A stretch of 64,000 nt of DNA from Polyangiales bacterium. GTDB lineage: Bacteria; Myxococcota_A; Polyangia; Polyangiales; Polyangiaceae. The position numbers and the translations under genes were made by a program. Location: assembly GCA_038231275.1 (NCBI GenBank), contig JBBRLQ010000004.1, positions 128,001 to 192,000 of the forward strand, written 5' to 3'. Shown piece by piece: positions 1 to 8,022 of the stretch. Below the pieces are notes generated by a model. That model was not told where the DNA came from and did no database searches. It saw only the letters and a program-made list of their open reading frames with translations. Numbering within the stretch: the first letter of the stretch is position 1; each line of letters opens with the position of its first letter.

Positions 1-60
1 GGCGACGAGGCCACCGGCGACCCCGAGCGCGATCATCACCCCGACGAGTCGGACGGACAC
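1..60 (-). CDS. Possible 5' end of a secreted/membrane protein running off the left edge (partial)
   Basis: GTG at 60 opens VSVRLVGVMIALGVAGGLVA, which is hydrophobic and signal-like and divergent from the LysR gene. Only 20 codons are visible. Confidence 0.3.
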   Translation of the reverse strand, partial: MSVRLVGVMIALGVAGGLVA

Positions 61-82
61 CCAGTCATGATAGCAAAGACCC

Positions 83-988
83 ATGAACCTCGACGCCCTG
101 GCGACCTTCGTCCACGTCGTCGAGGGCGCGAGCTTCACCGCGGCGGCGAAGAAGCTCGGCGTGCCGACATCGACGGTGAGCCGCGACATCGCGCGCCTCG
201 AGGAGACGCTCGGCGCGCGCCTGCTCCACCGGACGACGCGCAAGGTGGCGCTCACGTCCGCTGGCGCGACGCTGTACGAGCGCGTCCTCCCGCACGTGGC
301 AGCACTGCGCGCCGCGGCGCGGGACGTCCCCGAGCAAGGCAGCCACCCGGCGGGCACCCTCCGCATCACGATGCCGAACGATCTGGGGACGAGCTACTTC
401 GCCGAGCTCGCGGCGGCGTTCCTCGCGCAGCACCCGCACGTGCAGCTCGACGTACGGCTGACACCGCGCCCGGTGGATGTCGTCGCGGAGGGCTTCGATC
501 TGGCGCTCCGCATCGGCAAAATTCAGGACTCCACGCTCGTCGCGCGGCGCGTGGGGACGCTCGACGCGTATCTGTTCGCGTCGCCGGCGTACGTGGCGAG
601 CCGCGGAAGGCCAACCTCACCGCTCGACCTGCACGATCACGCGTGCCTGGTCTTTCGATCGCACGATGGCCGGGCGCAGTTGTGGACCTTGTCGGGCCCC
701 GAGGGCAAGAGCGAGGTCTCGCCCGATCCGCACCTCTTCGCCGACGATTTCGCGTTCCTGCGGGGCGCGGCGATCGCGGGCGCCGGCGTAGCGCTCCTCC
801 CGGGCTTCCTCGCAGCCGCCGACGTCGCGGCGGGGCGCCTGGAGCGCGTTCTTCCGCGCCACGAGGCGCCGCCCGCTCCGCTCTTCGCGGCGTATCCGTC
901 CAGCCGCAACCTGCCGCGCAAGGTCACCGCGTTCCGCGATTTCCTGCTTCAGGCGCTGCGCAAGCGTCCGCTGAATCAGGGAGCGTAA
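83..988 (+). CDS. LysR-family transcriptional regulator (CrgA/DmlR-like)
   Basis: N-terminal HTH SFTAAAKKLGVPTSTVSRDIARLEETLGARLLHRTTR; effector domain VDVVAEGFDLALRIG; 301 aa. Confidence 0.95.
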   Translation: MNLDALATFVHVVEGASFTAAAKKLGVPTSTVSRDIARLEETLGARLLHRTTRKVALTSAGATLYERVLPHVAALRAAARDVPEQGSHPAGTLRITMPNDLGTSYFAELAAAFLAQHPHVQLDVRLTPRPVDVVAEGFDLALRIGKIQDSTLVARRVGTLDAYLFASPAYVASRGRPTSPLDLHDHACLVFRSHDGRAQLWTLSGPEGKSEVSPDPHLFADDFAFLRGAAIAGAGVALLPGFLAAADVAAGRLERVLPRHEAPPAPLFAAYPSSRNLPRKVTAFRDFLLQALRKRPLNQGA

Positions 989-1001
989 CCGTCACGCTCC
1001 C
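979..1001. terminator. Hairpin between convergent LysR and cytochrome genes
   Basis: GGGAGCGT (979-986) pairs with ACGCTCCC (994-1001); no U-tract. Confidence 0.4.
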
Positions 1002-1017
1002 CGACGCGGGTCGAGGC

Positions 1018-1590
1018 TCAGGGGCCGACGATGTGGCAGTTGCCGCAGCCGAAGCCGGTCTTGGTCGCCATGTCGAACGCCGGCATGCCGAGGAGATCCT
1101 TCATCGTCGGAGTGACCTGCTCCATCATGAACTTGGTGATCTTCGGGTCCTTCGTCATGTGCTTCTTGAAGCCATCGGTGAAGGAGAGCTTGGGGAGCTT
1201 GGCGTTCGGCATGTCGAACTTGCCTTGCTTCGCGCCGTCGCCGTGGCACGTGACGCACGTGACGTTCTGCCACTTCTTGCCGTCGTAGCCCTTCAGGACC
1301 TCGGCCATCTTCGGCATGACGACCTTCTTCATGTGGTCGGTCTTCTGCTCCTTGGTCATGCCCTTCCAGTCGAGCTTCGCCTCGACGGGCGCGGTCGCCG
1401 TCGGCGCCGCCGTGGCGGACGCGGTCGGGGCAGGCGTGGTCGCCGTGGGGGCCGGCGGCATGTCCGGCGCCGACGGGGCGGCGGGGACGTCCGGCGTGGC
1501 GGGGGGCGTCGGCGCTCCTCCGCCGCAAGCGGCTCCGATGGCGAGGGCGGTCGGGAGGAACAGGGCGGCGAGGAGGGAGCGGGTACGCAT
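1018..1590 (-). CDS. Di-heme c-type cytochrome lipoprotein
   Basis: ATG at 1590 with AGGAG upstream; lipobox-like IGAAC; Pro/Ala/Thr linker; two heme-binding motifs, CVTCH and CGNCH. Confidence 0.8.
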   Translation of the reverse strand: MRTRSLLAALFLPTALAIGAACGGGAPTPPATPDVPAAPSAPDMPPAPTATTPAPTASATAAPTATAPVEAKLDWKGMTKEQKTDHMKKVVMPKMAEVLKGYDGKKWQNVTCVTCHGDGAKQGKFDMPNAKLPKLSFTDGFKKHMTKDPKITKFMMEQVTPTMKDLLGMPAFDMATKTGFGCGNCHIVGP

Positions 1591-1747
1591 GGGGTCTTCT
1601 CCTAATCGAGTGACCGCCCAATGCGGGGACACGCACTACACTGTTGCGTGTGCGCACCAATCACTTCCCCTACTTCCTCGCGATTCCCATGGAGTCCGCG
1701 TTCGTCAATAACTTGCCTACATCCACCTACTCGGGCGATTTGGGGGA

Positions 1748-2746
1748 ATGCGCACCGTTGCTCTCGGCCGACGCGCCTTTCTCGGCGGCATCGTCGCCGC
1801 CACCGTTGCCCTCGCCGCTCGCCCCGCGCGCGCGGCCTCGCGCGTACGTTCGGTGACCACCGACGAGCGCGGCACCACGTTCGCCCTCGAGCTCGATCAC
1901 GCCCCCTTCCCCGCCGCCGGCGCCGCGTACCAGGACCGCACCGTCTTCGCCTTCGTGCCGCGCCACCATCGCGCGCCGCGCGACGGACGGATCAGCGTCG
2001 TCGTCCATTTCCACGGCCACAACACCACAGCCGAGCGCGCGATGATCGCGCACGAGCTCCGCGAGCAGCTGTTCGACAGCAAGCAGAACGCGATCCTCCT
2101 CGTACCGCAGGGGCCGGTCATGAACGCCGACTCATCGTGCGGGAAGCTCGAAGCCGAGGGCGGTCTCGCGCGCATGCTCGACGACGCGCTCACGGCGCTG
2201 GCTTCGCCCGAAGCGAGCAAGACCCTCGGCCCGGCGCGGGTGGGCGGGGGCACGGCGCCGACGCGCGCCGGGACGGTGTGCCTGTCGGCGCACTCGGGCG
2301 GCTACCACGCGGCGGCGGCGTGTGCGCGCGCGGGAGGGGTCGACGTGAACGAGATCTACTTGTTCGACGCGCTCTACGCGAACACCGAGATGTTCAAGGA
2401 CTGGGTCGTGGCCGGACAGGGCCGCGGGATGCGGCACCGTCACAAGCTCGTGAGCTATTACGGCGCCGGCGCGTCCACCGAAGGCGAGAGCCAGCACCTC
2501 CTCGCCGATCTCGAGCGCGCCGGCGTCCGCTGCGCGTACGAGAAGGTGGAGGGCACGCTCTCGCGCGAAGAGCTCACCGAGAGTGAAGCGGTGTTCGTCC
2601 GCACCGCGCTCGCGCACAACGGCGTCACGCACGAGCTCAACGCGCTGCGCGACTGCCTCTATGCGTCCGGCCTCACGCGCCACCTCCGCACCGCCTGGTT
2701 CGATCACAAGCAGGGCGCGCGGCCGCTCGAGAGGCGGCGCCCGTGA
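1748..2746 (+). CDS. Putative Tat-exported alpha/beta-hydrolase-fold protein
   Basis: Twin-arginine signal GRRAFL; VVVHFHG; nucleophile-elbow-like SAHSGG; LFDALY. Confidence 0.7.
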   Translation: MRTVALGRRAFLGGIVAATVALAARPARAASRVRSVTTDERGTTFALELDHAPFPAAGAAYQDRTVFAFVPRHHRAPRDGRISVVVHFHGHNTTAERAMIAHELREQLFDSKQNAILLVPQGPVMNADSSCGKLEAEGGLARMLDDALTALASPEASKTLGPARVGGGTAPTRAGTVCLSAHSGGYHAAAACARAGGVDVNEIYLFDALYANTEMFKDWVVAGQGRGMRHRHKLVSYYGAGASTEGESQHLLADLERAGVRCAYEKVEGTLSREELTESEAVFVRTALAHNGVTHELNALRDCLYASGLTRHLRTAWFDHKQGARPLERRRP

Positions 2747-3132
2747 TCCGCGTCACTCCCCTTTACGCCGCTGCGTCCGGCGTCCTGCTCGTCGCCTTCG
2801 CCGCCTACATCTCTCGGCTCCGCGGTCAGCTCCAGGTCGGCCTCGGCGACGGCGGCGCGAAGATCCTCCAGCGCGCCGTCCGCGTGCACGGGAACTTCGC
2901 CGAGTTCGTCCCCCTCGCGCTCCTCCTCATGCTCGCCGCCGAGCTTCAGGGCGCGCCGCCGATCGTCCTCCATGCTCTCGGCATCTCGCTCGTGGCGGCG
3001 CGCATCGCGCACGCGGTCGGCGTGTACAAATCGAGCGGCACGTCGCCGGGACGCTTCCTCGGCACGGCGCTCACTTGGACGATGATCCTGGCGAACGGCG
3101 GCGTGTGCGTCTACTACGCGCTCATTTCGTGA
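2743..3132 (+). CDS. MAPEG family membrane protein
   Basis: RAVRVHGNFAEFVP and ARIAHAVG motifs; four hydrophobic segments; GTGA overlap with the upstream gene. Confidence 0.9.
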   Translation: MIRVTPLYAAASGVLLVAFAAYISRLRGQLQVGLGDGGAKILQRAVRVHGNFAEFVPLALLLMLAAELQGAPPIVLHALGISLVAARIAHAVGVYKSSGTSPGRFLGTALTWTMILANGGVCVYYALIS

Positions 3133-3136
3133 GCGA

Positions 3137-4573
3137 CTACGCCATCTCGAGGAACAGCGTGTCCGGCGTCTCCAGATAGGAAATCACGTCGTAGGCGAAG
3201 GCTGCCCCGACGTGGCCATCGACGATGCGGTGATCGAACGAGAGGCTGAGGAGCATCACCTCGCCGATGACAATCTGCCCGTCCTTCACGACCGCGCGCT
3301 CCTTCATGCGGTGCACGCCGAGGATGCCCACTTCGGGGAAATTCAGGATCGGCGTCGCGAAGAGGCCGCCTTGCGCGCCGAGCGACGTGATCGTGAACGT
3401 CGACCCCGACAGCTCGCTCGCCTTGGACTTGCCAGCCTTCGCCTCGGCGCCGAGGCGATCGATCTCGCGCGCGACGTCGAGGAGGCTCTTGCGATCGGCG
3501 TCCTTCAGAACCGGAACGATGAGGCCTGCGTCGGTCGAGGCGGCGATGCCGATGTTGTAGTACTTGCGGTAGACGAGCTCGTTGGTGCTCTCGTCGAGCG
3601 CGCTGTTGAGGATGGGGTGCTTCTTCAGCGACGCGACGACCGCCTTCACGATGAACGGCAGGTACGTGAGCTTGACGCCCGCCTTCTCTGCGGCGGGCTT
3701 GAGGCGCGTGCGCATCGCCTTGAGCTGCGTGACGTCGCACTCCTCGACGAAGGTGAAGTGCGCGGCGGTCTGCGTGCTCATCTGCATGCGCGTCGCGATC
3801 TTGCGGCGCATGCCGGCGAAAGGGACGCGCTCCTCGAGCGCCGTCTGCTCGTGGGTCGGCGCGGTGATCTTCACGGCGTCGCGCGCGTGCCCGCCGATGC
3901 TCGTCGCGCTCGTCGTAGGAGACTGCGCGGCGGCGGTCGTCGACGAGAGCGCCGGCGTCGTCGCGAACGACTCGACGTCCCTCTTGGTGACGCGCCCCTG
4001 CGGGCCGGTCGGCGGCACGCGCGTGAGATCGATGCTCATGTCGCGCGCGAGCTTGCGCGTGGCCGGCGTCGCGAGCGGCTTCGCGTTGAAGTAGCCCTGC
4101 ACCGCGCCACCCGCAGACACGCCACCGCCTCCGCCACCGCCTCCGCTCGAAGCGCGCGCCGCGCCCATTCCCGGGAGCGACTCTTTGATGTCGCCGAGCG
4201 CCGTCGCCGCCGGACCTTGGTCCTTGGAAGGCGACGCGCCAGGCCCGTGGCCGTTCACGCCGTTCCCGTTGCCGTTCTTGTTGACCGACGGAGCCGCCGC
4301 GGGAGCCGCCGGAGCCGCAGCCGTAGCATCACCGCCGAGGTCGAACACGACGAGCACGTGGTGCACGCGCACGATCTCGCCGACCTTGCCCGTCGTCTCG
4401 AGGATCGTGCCGGCGCGCGGCGACGTGATCGTGACGGTCGCCTTGTCGGTCATCACTTCGACCATCGGCTGGTCCTCTTTGACGACGTCGCCGGGCTTGA
4501 CCAGCCAGGCCACGACCTCGCCCTCGGTGACCCCTTCGCCGATGTCCGGAAGCTTGAATTCCCAGCGCGCCAT
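3137..4573 (-). CDS. 2-oxoacid dehydrogenase E2 (dihydrolipoamide acyltransferase)
   Basis: Lipoyl domain FKLPDIGEG...VMTDKAT; subunit-binding ATPATRKLAR; catalytic SFDHRIVDG. Start re-set to the ATG at 4573. Confidence 0.95.
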   Translation of the reverse strand: MARWEFKLPDIGEGVTEGEVVAWLVKPGDVVKEDQPMVEVMTDKATVTITSPRAGTILETTGKVGEIVRVHHVLVVFDLGGDATAAAPAAPAAAPSVNKNGNGNGVNGHGPGASPSKDQGPAATALGDIKESLPGMGAARASSGGGGGGGGVSAGGAVQGYFNAKPLATPATRKLARDMSIDLTRVPPTGPQGRVTKRDVESFATTPALSSTTAAAQSPTTSATSIGGHARDAVKITAPTHEQTALEERVPFAGMRRKIATRMQMSTQTAAHFTFVEECDVTQLKAMRTRLKPAAEKAGVKLTYLPFIVKAVVASLKKHPILNSALDESTNELVYRKYYNIGIAASTDAGLIVPVLKDADRKSLLDVAREIDRLGAEAKAGKSKASELSGSTFTITSLGAQGGLFATPILNFPEVGILGVHRMKERAVVKDGQIVIGEVMLLSLSFDHRIVDGHVGAAFAYDVISYLETPDTLFLEMA

Positions 4574-4589
4574 GACTTCTTTCCTTGTC

Positions 4590-4675
4590 ATAGAGCAACC
4601 GTCCCTTGAATGGAACGGTTGCTCTATCCTTCTGGTGGGTCGCTCCAGTCGTTTGCCCGCGGCGGTCAAACGACT
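4590..4675. repeat. Two-hairpin intergenic element between E1-beta and E2
   Basis: ATAGAGCAACCGT (4590-4602) / ACGGTTGCTCTAT (4615-4627); TGGTGGG (4633-4639); AGTCGTTTG (4647-4655) / CAAACGACT (4667-4675). Confidence 0.7.
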
Positions 4676-4686
4676 TCTGCTTTAGA

Positions 4687-5661
4687 CTAGAACCGCGCCG
4701 TGTCGAGGACGGCGGGCAGGATGCGGTGAGCGAGGGGCAAGTACTCCATCTCGAGCGAGTACGGGAATGGCGTGTCGAAGCCGGCGACGCGGACCGGCGG
4801 TGCCTCGAGGTGGACGAATGCCTTCTCGTTGACGAGCGCGACGAGCTCCGCGCCGAACCCGCACGTTTTGGGCGCCTCGTGGACGACGACGACGCGGCCC
4901 GTCTTCTTCACGCTCGCGACGATCGCGTCGATGTCGACCGGCCACAGCGTCCGCAGGTCCAGGACCTCGCACTCGACGCCTTGCTTGGCGGCCTCCTCGG
5001 CGGCCGCGAGCGCCTCGTAGAGCATCGCGCCCCAGGCGATGACGGTGACGTGCTTGCCCGGACGCGCGATCGCGGCCTTGCCGAGCTCCACGGTGTAGTC
5101 CCCTTCCGGCACCTCGCCCTTCGCGGCCCGGTAGACGCGCTTCGGCTCGAAGAAGAGGACGGGATCGGGATCGCGGATCGACGCGAGGAGGAGGCCCTTT
5201 GCGTCGTACGGGTTCGACGGGCAGACGACCTTGAGGCCGGCGGTGTGGATGAAGAGCGCCTCGGGCGACTGCGAGTGGTAGTGGCCGCCGCGGATGCCGC
5301 CGCCGACCGGTGCGCGGATCACGATCTTGCTCGCGTACTCGCCGCCCGAGCGGTACCGCATCTTGGCGAGCTCGCTGACGATCTGATCGAACGCCGGGTA
5401 GATGAAATCGGCGAACTGGATCTCCGGCACCGGGACCATGCCGTAGAGCGCCATGCCGATCGCCGTGCCGATGATGCCGCCCTCGCTGAGCGGGGTGTCG
5501 ATGACGCGATCCTCGCCGAACTCGTCGAAGAGCCCCTGCGTGACGCGGAAGACGCCGCCGACCTTGCCGACGTCCTCGCCCATGACGATGACGCGCGGGT
5601 CCCTTCTCATCTCATGACGGAGGCCGTCGTTGATGGCCCCGACCATGTTCATTTCCGGCAT
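4687..5661 (-). CDS. 2-oxoacid dehydrogenase E1 beta subunit (branched-chain/pyruvate type)
   Basis: GEDVGKVGGVFRVTQGL, DTPLSEGGIIG, EIQFADF, GGHYHSQSPE. Confidence 0.95.
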   Translation of the reverse strand: MPEMNMVGAINDGLRHEMRRDPRVIVMGEDVGKVGGVFRVTQGLFDEFGEDRVIDTPLSEGGIIGTAIGMALYGMVPVPEIQFADFIYPAFDQIVSELAKMRYRSGGEYASKIVIRAPVGGGIRGGHYHSQSPEALFIHTAGLKVVCPSNPYDAKGLLLASIRDPDPVLFFEPKRVYRAAKGEVPEGDYTVELGKAAIARPGKHVTVIAWGAMLYEALAAAEEAAKQGVECEVLDLRTLWPVDIDAIVASVKKTGRVVVVHEAPKTCGFGAELVALVNEKAFVHLEAPPVRVAGFDTPFPYSLEMEYLPLAHRILPAVLDTARF

Positions 5662-6629
5662 TTTTCGAGCTCCTCACGCTCCTCGTGGAGGTGCCACGGC
5701 GCGCTGCGGTAGACGTCGTCGAACATCGATTCGCGCGGGGGCGCGGGCTCGGACTGGGCGAGGGCGAGGGCCACGTCGATCTCGGCGCGGACACGGCCGG
5801 CGTGCTCGCTCTCGTCCTTCTCGGTCCAGAGGCGGCGCGCCTCGAGGTGCTGGCGGACACGGTGGAGCGGATCGTCTTTGCGCGAGGTGGTCGCCTCGAT
5901 GAGGGTGGCACCTTCGCCGTGGGTCGCGCGTTGGATGGCGCTCGCGACCGCCTTGTGGACTGCGAAGAGATCGTTGCCGTCGACCGCGACGCCGGGAATG
6001 CCGTACGCGATGCCCTTCAGCCAGAACGAGCTCGCCGCGGTCTGCCGCTCGGCGGGGACGCTGATGGCCCAGCCGTTGTTCCGACACAAGAAGACGACCG
6101 GCGCCTTGAAGACGCCCGCGAAGTTGAGGCCCGTGTGGAAGTCGCCGGAGCTGGTGGCCCCTTCGCCGAAGCAGGCGAGCGCGACGACGTCGTCCTTCTT
6201 CAGCTTCGCCGCCCACGCGAAGCCGACCGCGTGGGTGATCTGCGTGCCGATCGGCGCGCTCGCCGACGCGAAGCGAGCCGCCCGCGACGCGAACGTGCCG
6301 GGCATCTGCCGCCCCTTGCCGCCGTCGCCCACCTTGCCGAAGACGTGGGAGAGGTACGCCGCGAGCGGCATTCCGCGATAGAGCGCGCCTGCCGCCTCGC
6401 GCCCGTAGTGGAAGACCCAATCCTGCTCCCTCAGCGCCGCGACCGCCCCGAGGATCGCCGCCTCCTCGAACGCCGCCGAGAGGTGGGAGCCGAGCTTGCC
6501 ATCCTTCTGGAGCTGCGCGAGGCGCTCGTCGAGCGTGCGGGCGAGGACCATGTGCTTGTAGAGTGCAAGCACCTTCTCGCCTTCGAGCGGCGCGTCGGGC
6601 GCGCGGAGGGGGGTTACGGTGGCCACCAT
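5649..6629 (-). CDS. 2-oxoacid dehydrogenase E1 alpha subunit, apparently degenerate (active-site loop missing)
   Basis: ThDP motif FGEGATSSGDFH...RNNGWAIS; first gene of the E1a-E1b-E2 operon; reads LIEATTSRKDDPL where the YR-x-x-x-HS loop is expected. Confidence 0.85.
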   Translation of the reverse strand: MVATVTPLRAPDAPLEGEKVLALYKHMVLARTLDERLAQLQKDGKLGSHLSAAFEEAAILGAVAALREQDWVFHYGREAAGALYRGMPLAAYLSHVFGKVGDGGKGRQMPGTFASRAARFASASAPIGTQITHAVGFAWAAKLKKDDVVALACFGEGATSSGDFHTGLNFAGVFKAPVVFLCRNNGWAISVPAERQTAASSFWLKGIAYGIPGVAVDGNDLFAVHKAVASAIQRATHGEGATLIEATTSRKDDPLHRVRQHLEARRLWTEKDESEHAGRVRAEIDVALALAQSEPAPPRESMFDDVYRSAPWHLHEEREELEKCRK

Positions 6630-6712
6630 GGGCGGCCGAACCTTAGAGCGGAAGTCGCCTGCACGAAACGTGAAATCGACGGGGAGCGACCTCGAAGAGG
6701 CGGGGCTGACCG

Positions 6713-7849
6713 CTACAGCGTGGTCGCGATTCCCGTCGGAAGCACGAAGGTCGGAGACGTGATCGACGCCACGGGCGCCGTGCCGGGCCCGTTGGCGTTC
6801 GCCGAATACACGTCGATGCGAGGCGTCCCCGGGTTCGTCAGGAGGTAGATGCGCCCCGTGCTGTCGAGGGTGATGGCCGAGCCAGGCGTGCTCGTCCCTC
6901 CGAAGGTGAACGATCGACTGGGGCGGTCCGTGCCGTTGGCGTTGGGGCCGAAGACGAGGATGCTCCCCGAGCCCACGTCGAGATCGTACAGATTGCCGAG
7001 GGGGTCCACCGTGAGTCGAAACGGTTGGTCCACGATGCCGGGAATCGGCGGTGCACCCGTGATGATCGCCGAGGGTTGCGTCGGGCCACTCGAGTTGCCC
7101 GGGTACTTTCGAATTTCGAGCGGGTTCGTGAAGTACAGCGGATCGCCGGCGACGCCGACGCCGAATCCGCCGCCCGAGGCGTTTCCGAGCGTCGTCACGT
7201 TTTGCACCGGCGCGACGTCGCCGTTGGCCCCCGCCGCGAAGGCGATGATGCCCGAGGGGCTTCCTACGTAGACGCGCCCATCCGACAGGACCCGGATCGC
7301 CGGCACGCCGTTTTGGAGCAGCGTGCTTGGGCCCGTGATGACGCGGATCGGCGTCGCCTGATCGTGGCTGTCCGGCGCAAAGATCTGGATGGCGTTCTTG
7401 GTGGCGTCCGTCTCGACGTCGGCGACGTAGATGTTGCCGGCGCCGTCCAGACCGATGTCGGCGGCGACGTTGATGCGTCGCACGCTGTAGAAGAACTGGC
7501 TCGGCTGCCCGGCGTCGATGCTTCCGCCTCCCGGAAATCCGCGGACGACGCCGCCGAACGCCTGCGTTCCGTCGCTGACGAAGATGCTGGCGAGCGCGGT
7601 CGCGCCGTCGGCTCCGTCCGACGCATCGCTCGCATCGAGGGCGGCGTCTCGCGCGTCCGCGCCCGCGTCGTTCGGCGTCGAGCCGTCATTCGCGTCGACG
7701 CTTCCGTCGGCCGAGGTCGTCGCATCGGCGGCCGGCCCCCCGTCGGTGGAGGATCCATCCGGCGCCGAGGCGTCCGGTGAGCTGGCGGAGTCCGTGCACG
7801 CGATCAGTGCGAATGCGGCGAGGAGCGGCGTCGCGCAGGCGACCCCCAT
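6713..7849 (-). CDS. Lipoprotein with Asp/Ala/Gly linker and NHL-like beta-propeller repeats
   Basis: Lipobox LIAC; DA/DG-rich linker; repeats IGLDGAGNIYVAD, LTVDPLGNLYDLD, ITLDSTGRIYLL. Start is 7849 or 7897. Confidence 0.75.
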   Translation of the reverse strand: MGVACATPLLAAFALIACTDSASSPDASAPDGSSTDGGPAADATTSADGSVDANDGSTPNDAGADARDAALDASDASDGADGATALASIFVSDGTQAFGGVVRGFPGGGSIDAGQPSQFFYSVRRINVAADIGLDGAGNIYVADVETDATKNAIQIFAPDSHDQATPIRVITGPSTLLQNGVPAIRVLSDGRVYVGSPSGIIAFAAGANGDVAPVQNVTTLGNASGGGFGVGVAGDPLYFTNPLEIRKYPGNSSGPTQPSAIITGAPPIPGIVDQPFRLTVDPLGNLYDLDVGSGSILVFGPNANGTDRPSRSFTFGGTSTPGSAITLDSTGRIYLLTNPGTPRIDVYSANANGPGTAPVASITSPTFVLPTGIATTL

Positions 7850-7909
7850 GGCCCGGAAGGAACCGCGTCGGGAACCGCGAAATGAAGGCACTGCCATGCC
7901 CAAGTCCTT

Positions 7910-7925
7910 CGCAAAGAGCATACCC
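7910..7925 (-). promoter_or_regulatory. Candidate sigma-54 (-24/-12) promoter
   Basis: Minus strand reads GGGTATGCTCTTTGCG: GG and TTGC at canonical spacing, upstream of the NHL lipoprotein. Confidence 0.4.
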
Positions 7926-8022
7926 ACGATTTTCCGCGCCGGGTCCGCCTCTCTCGCCGGTGATCCGTAGAGGAACGAGCAGACCTCGCGCAGCGATGGG
8001 CAGATCCTGCTCAGTCGCTCGG

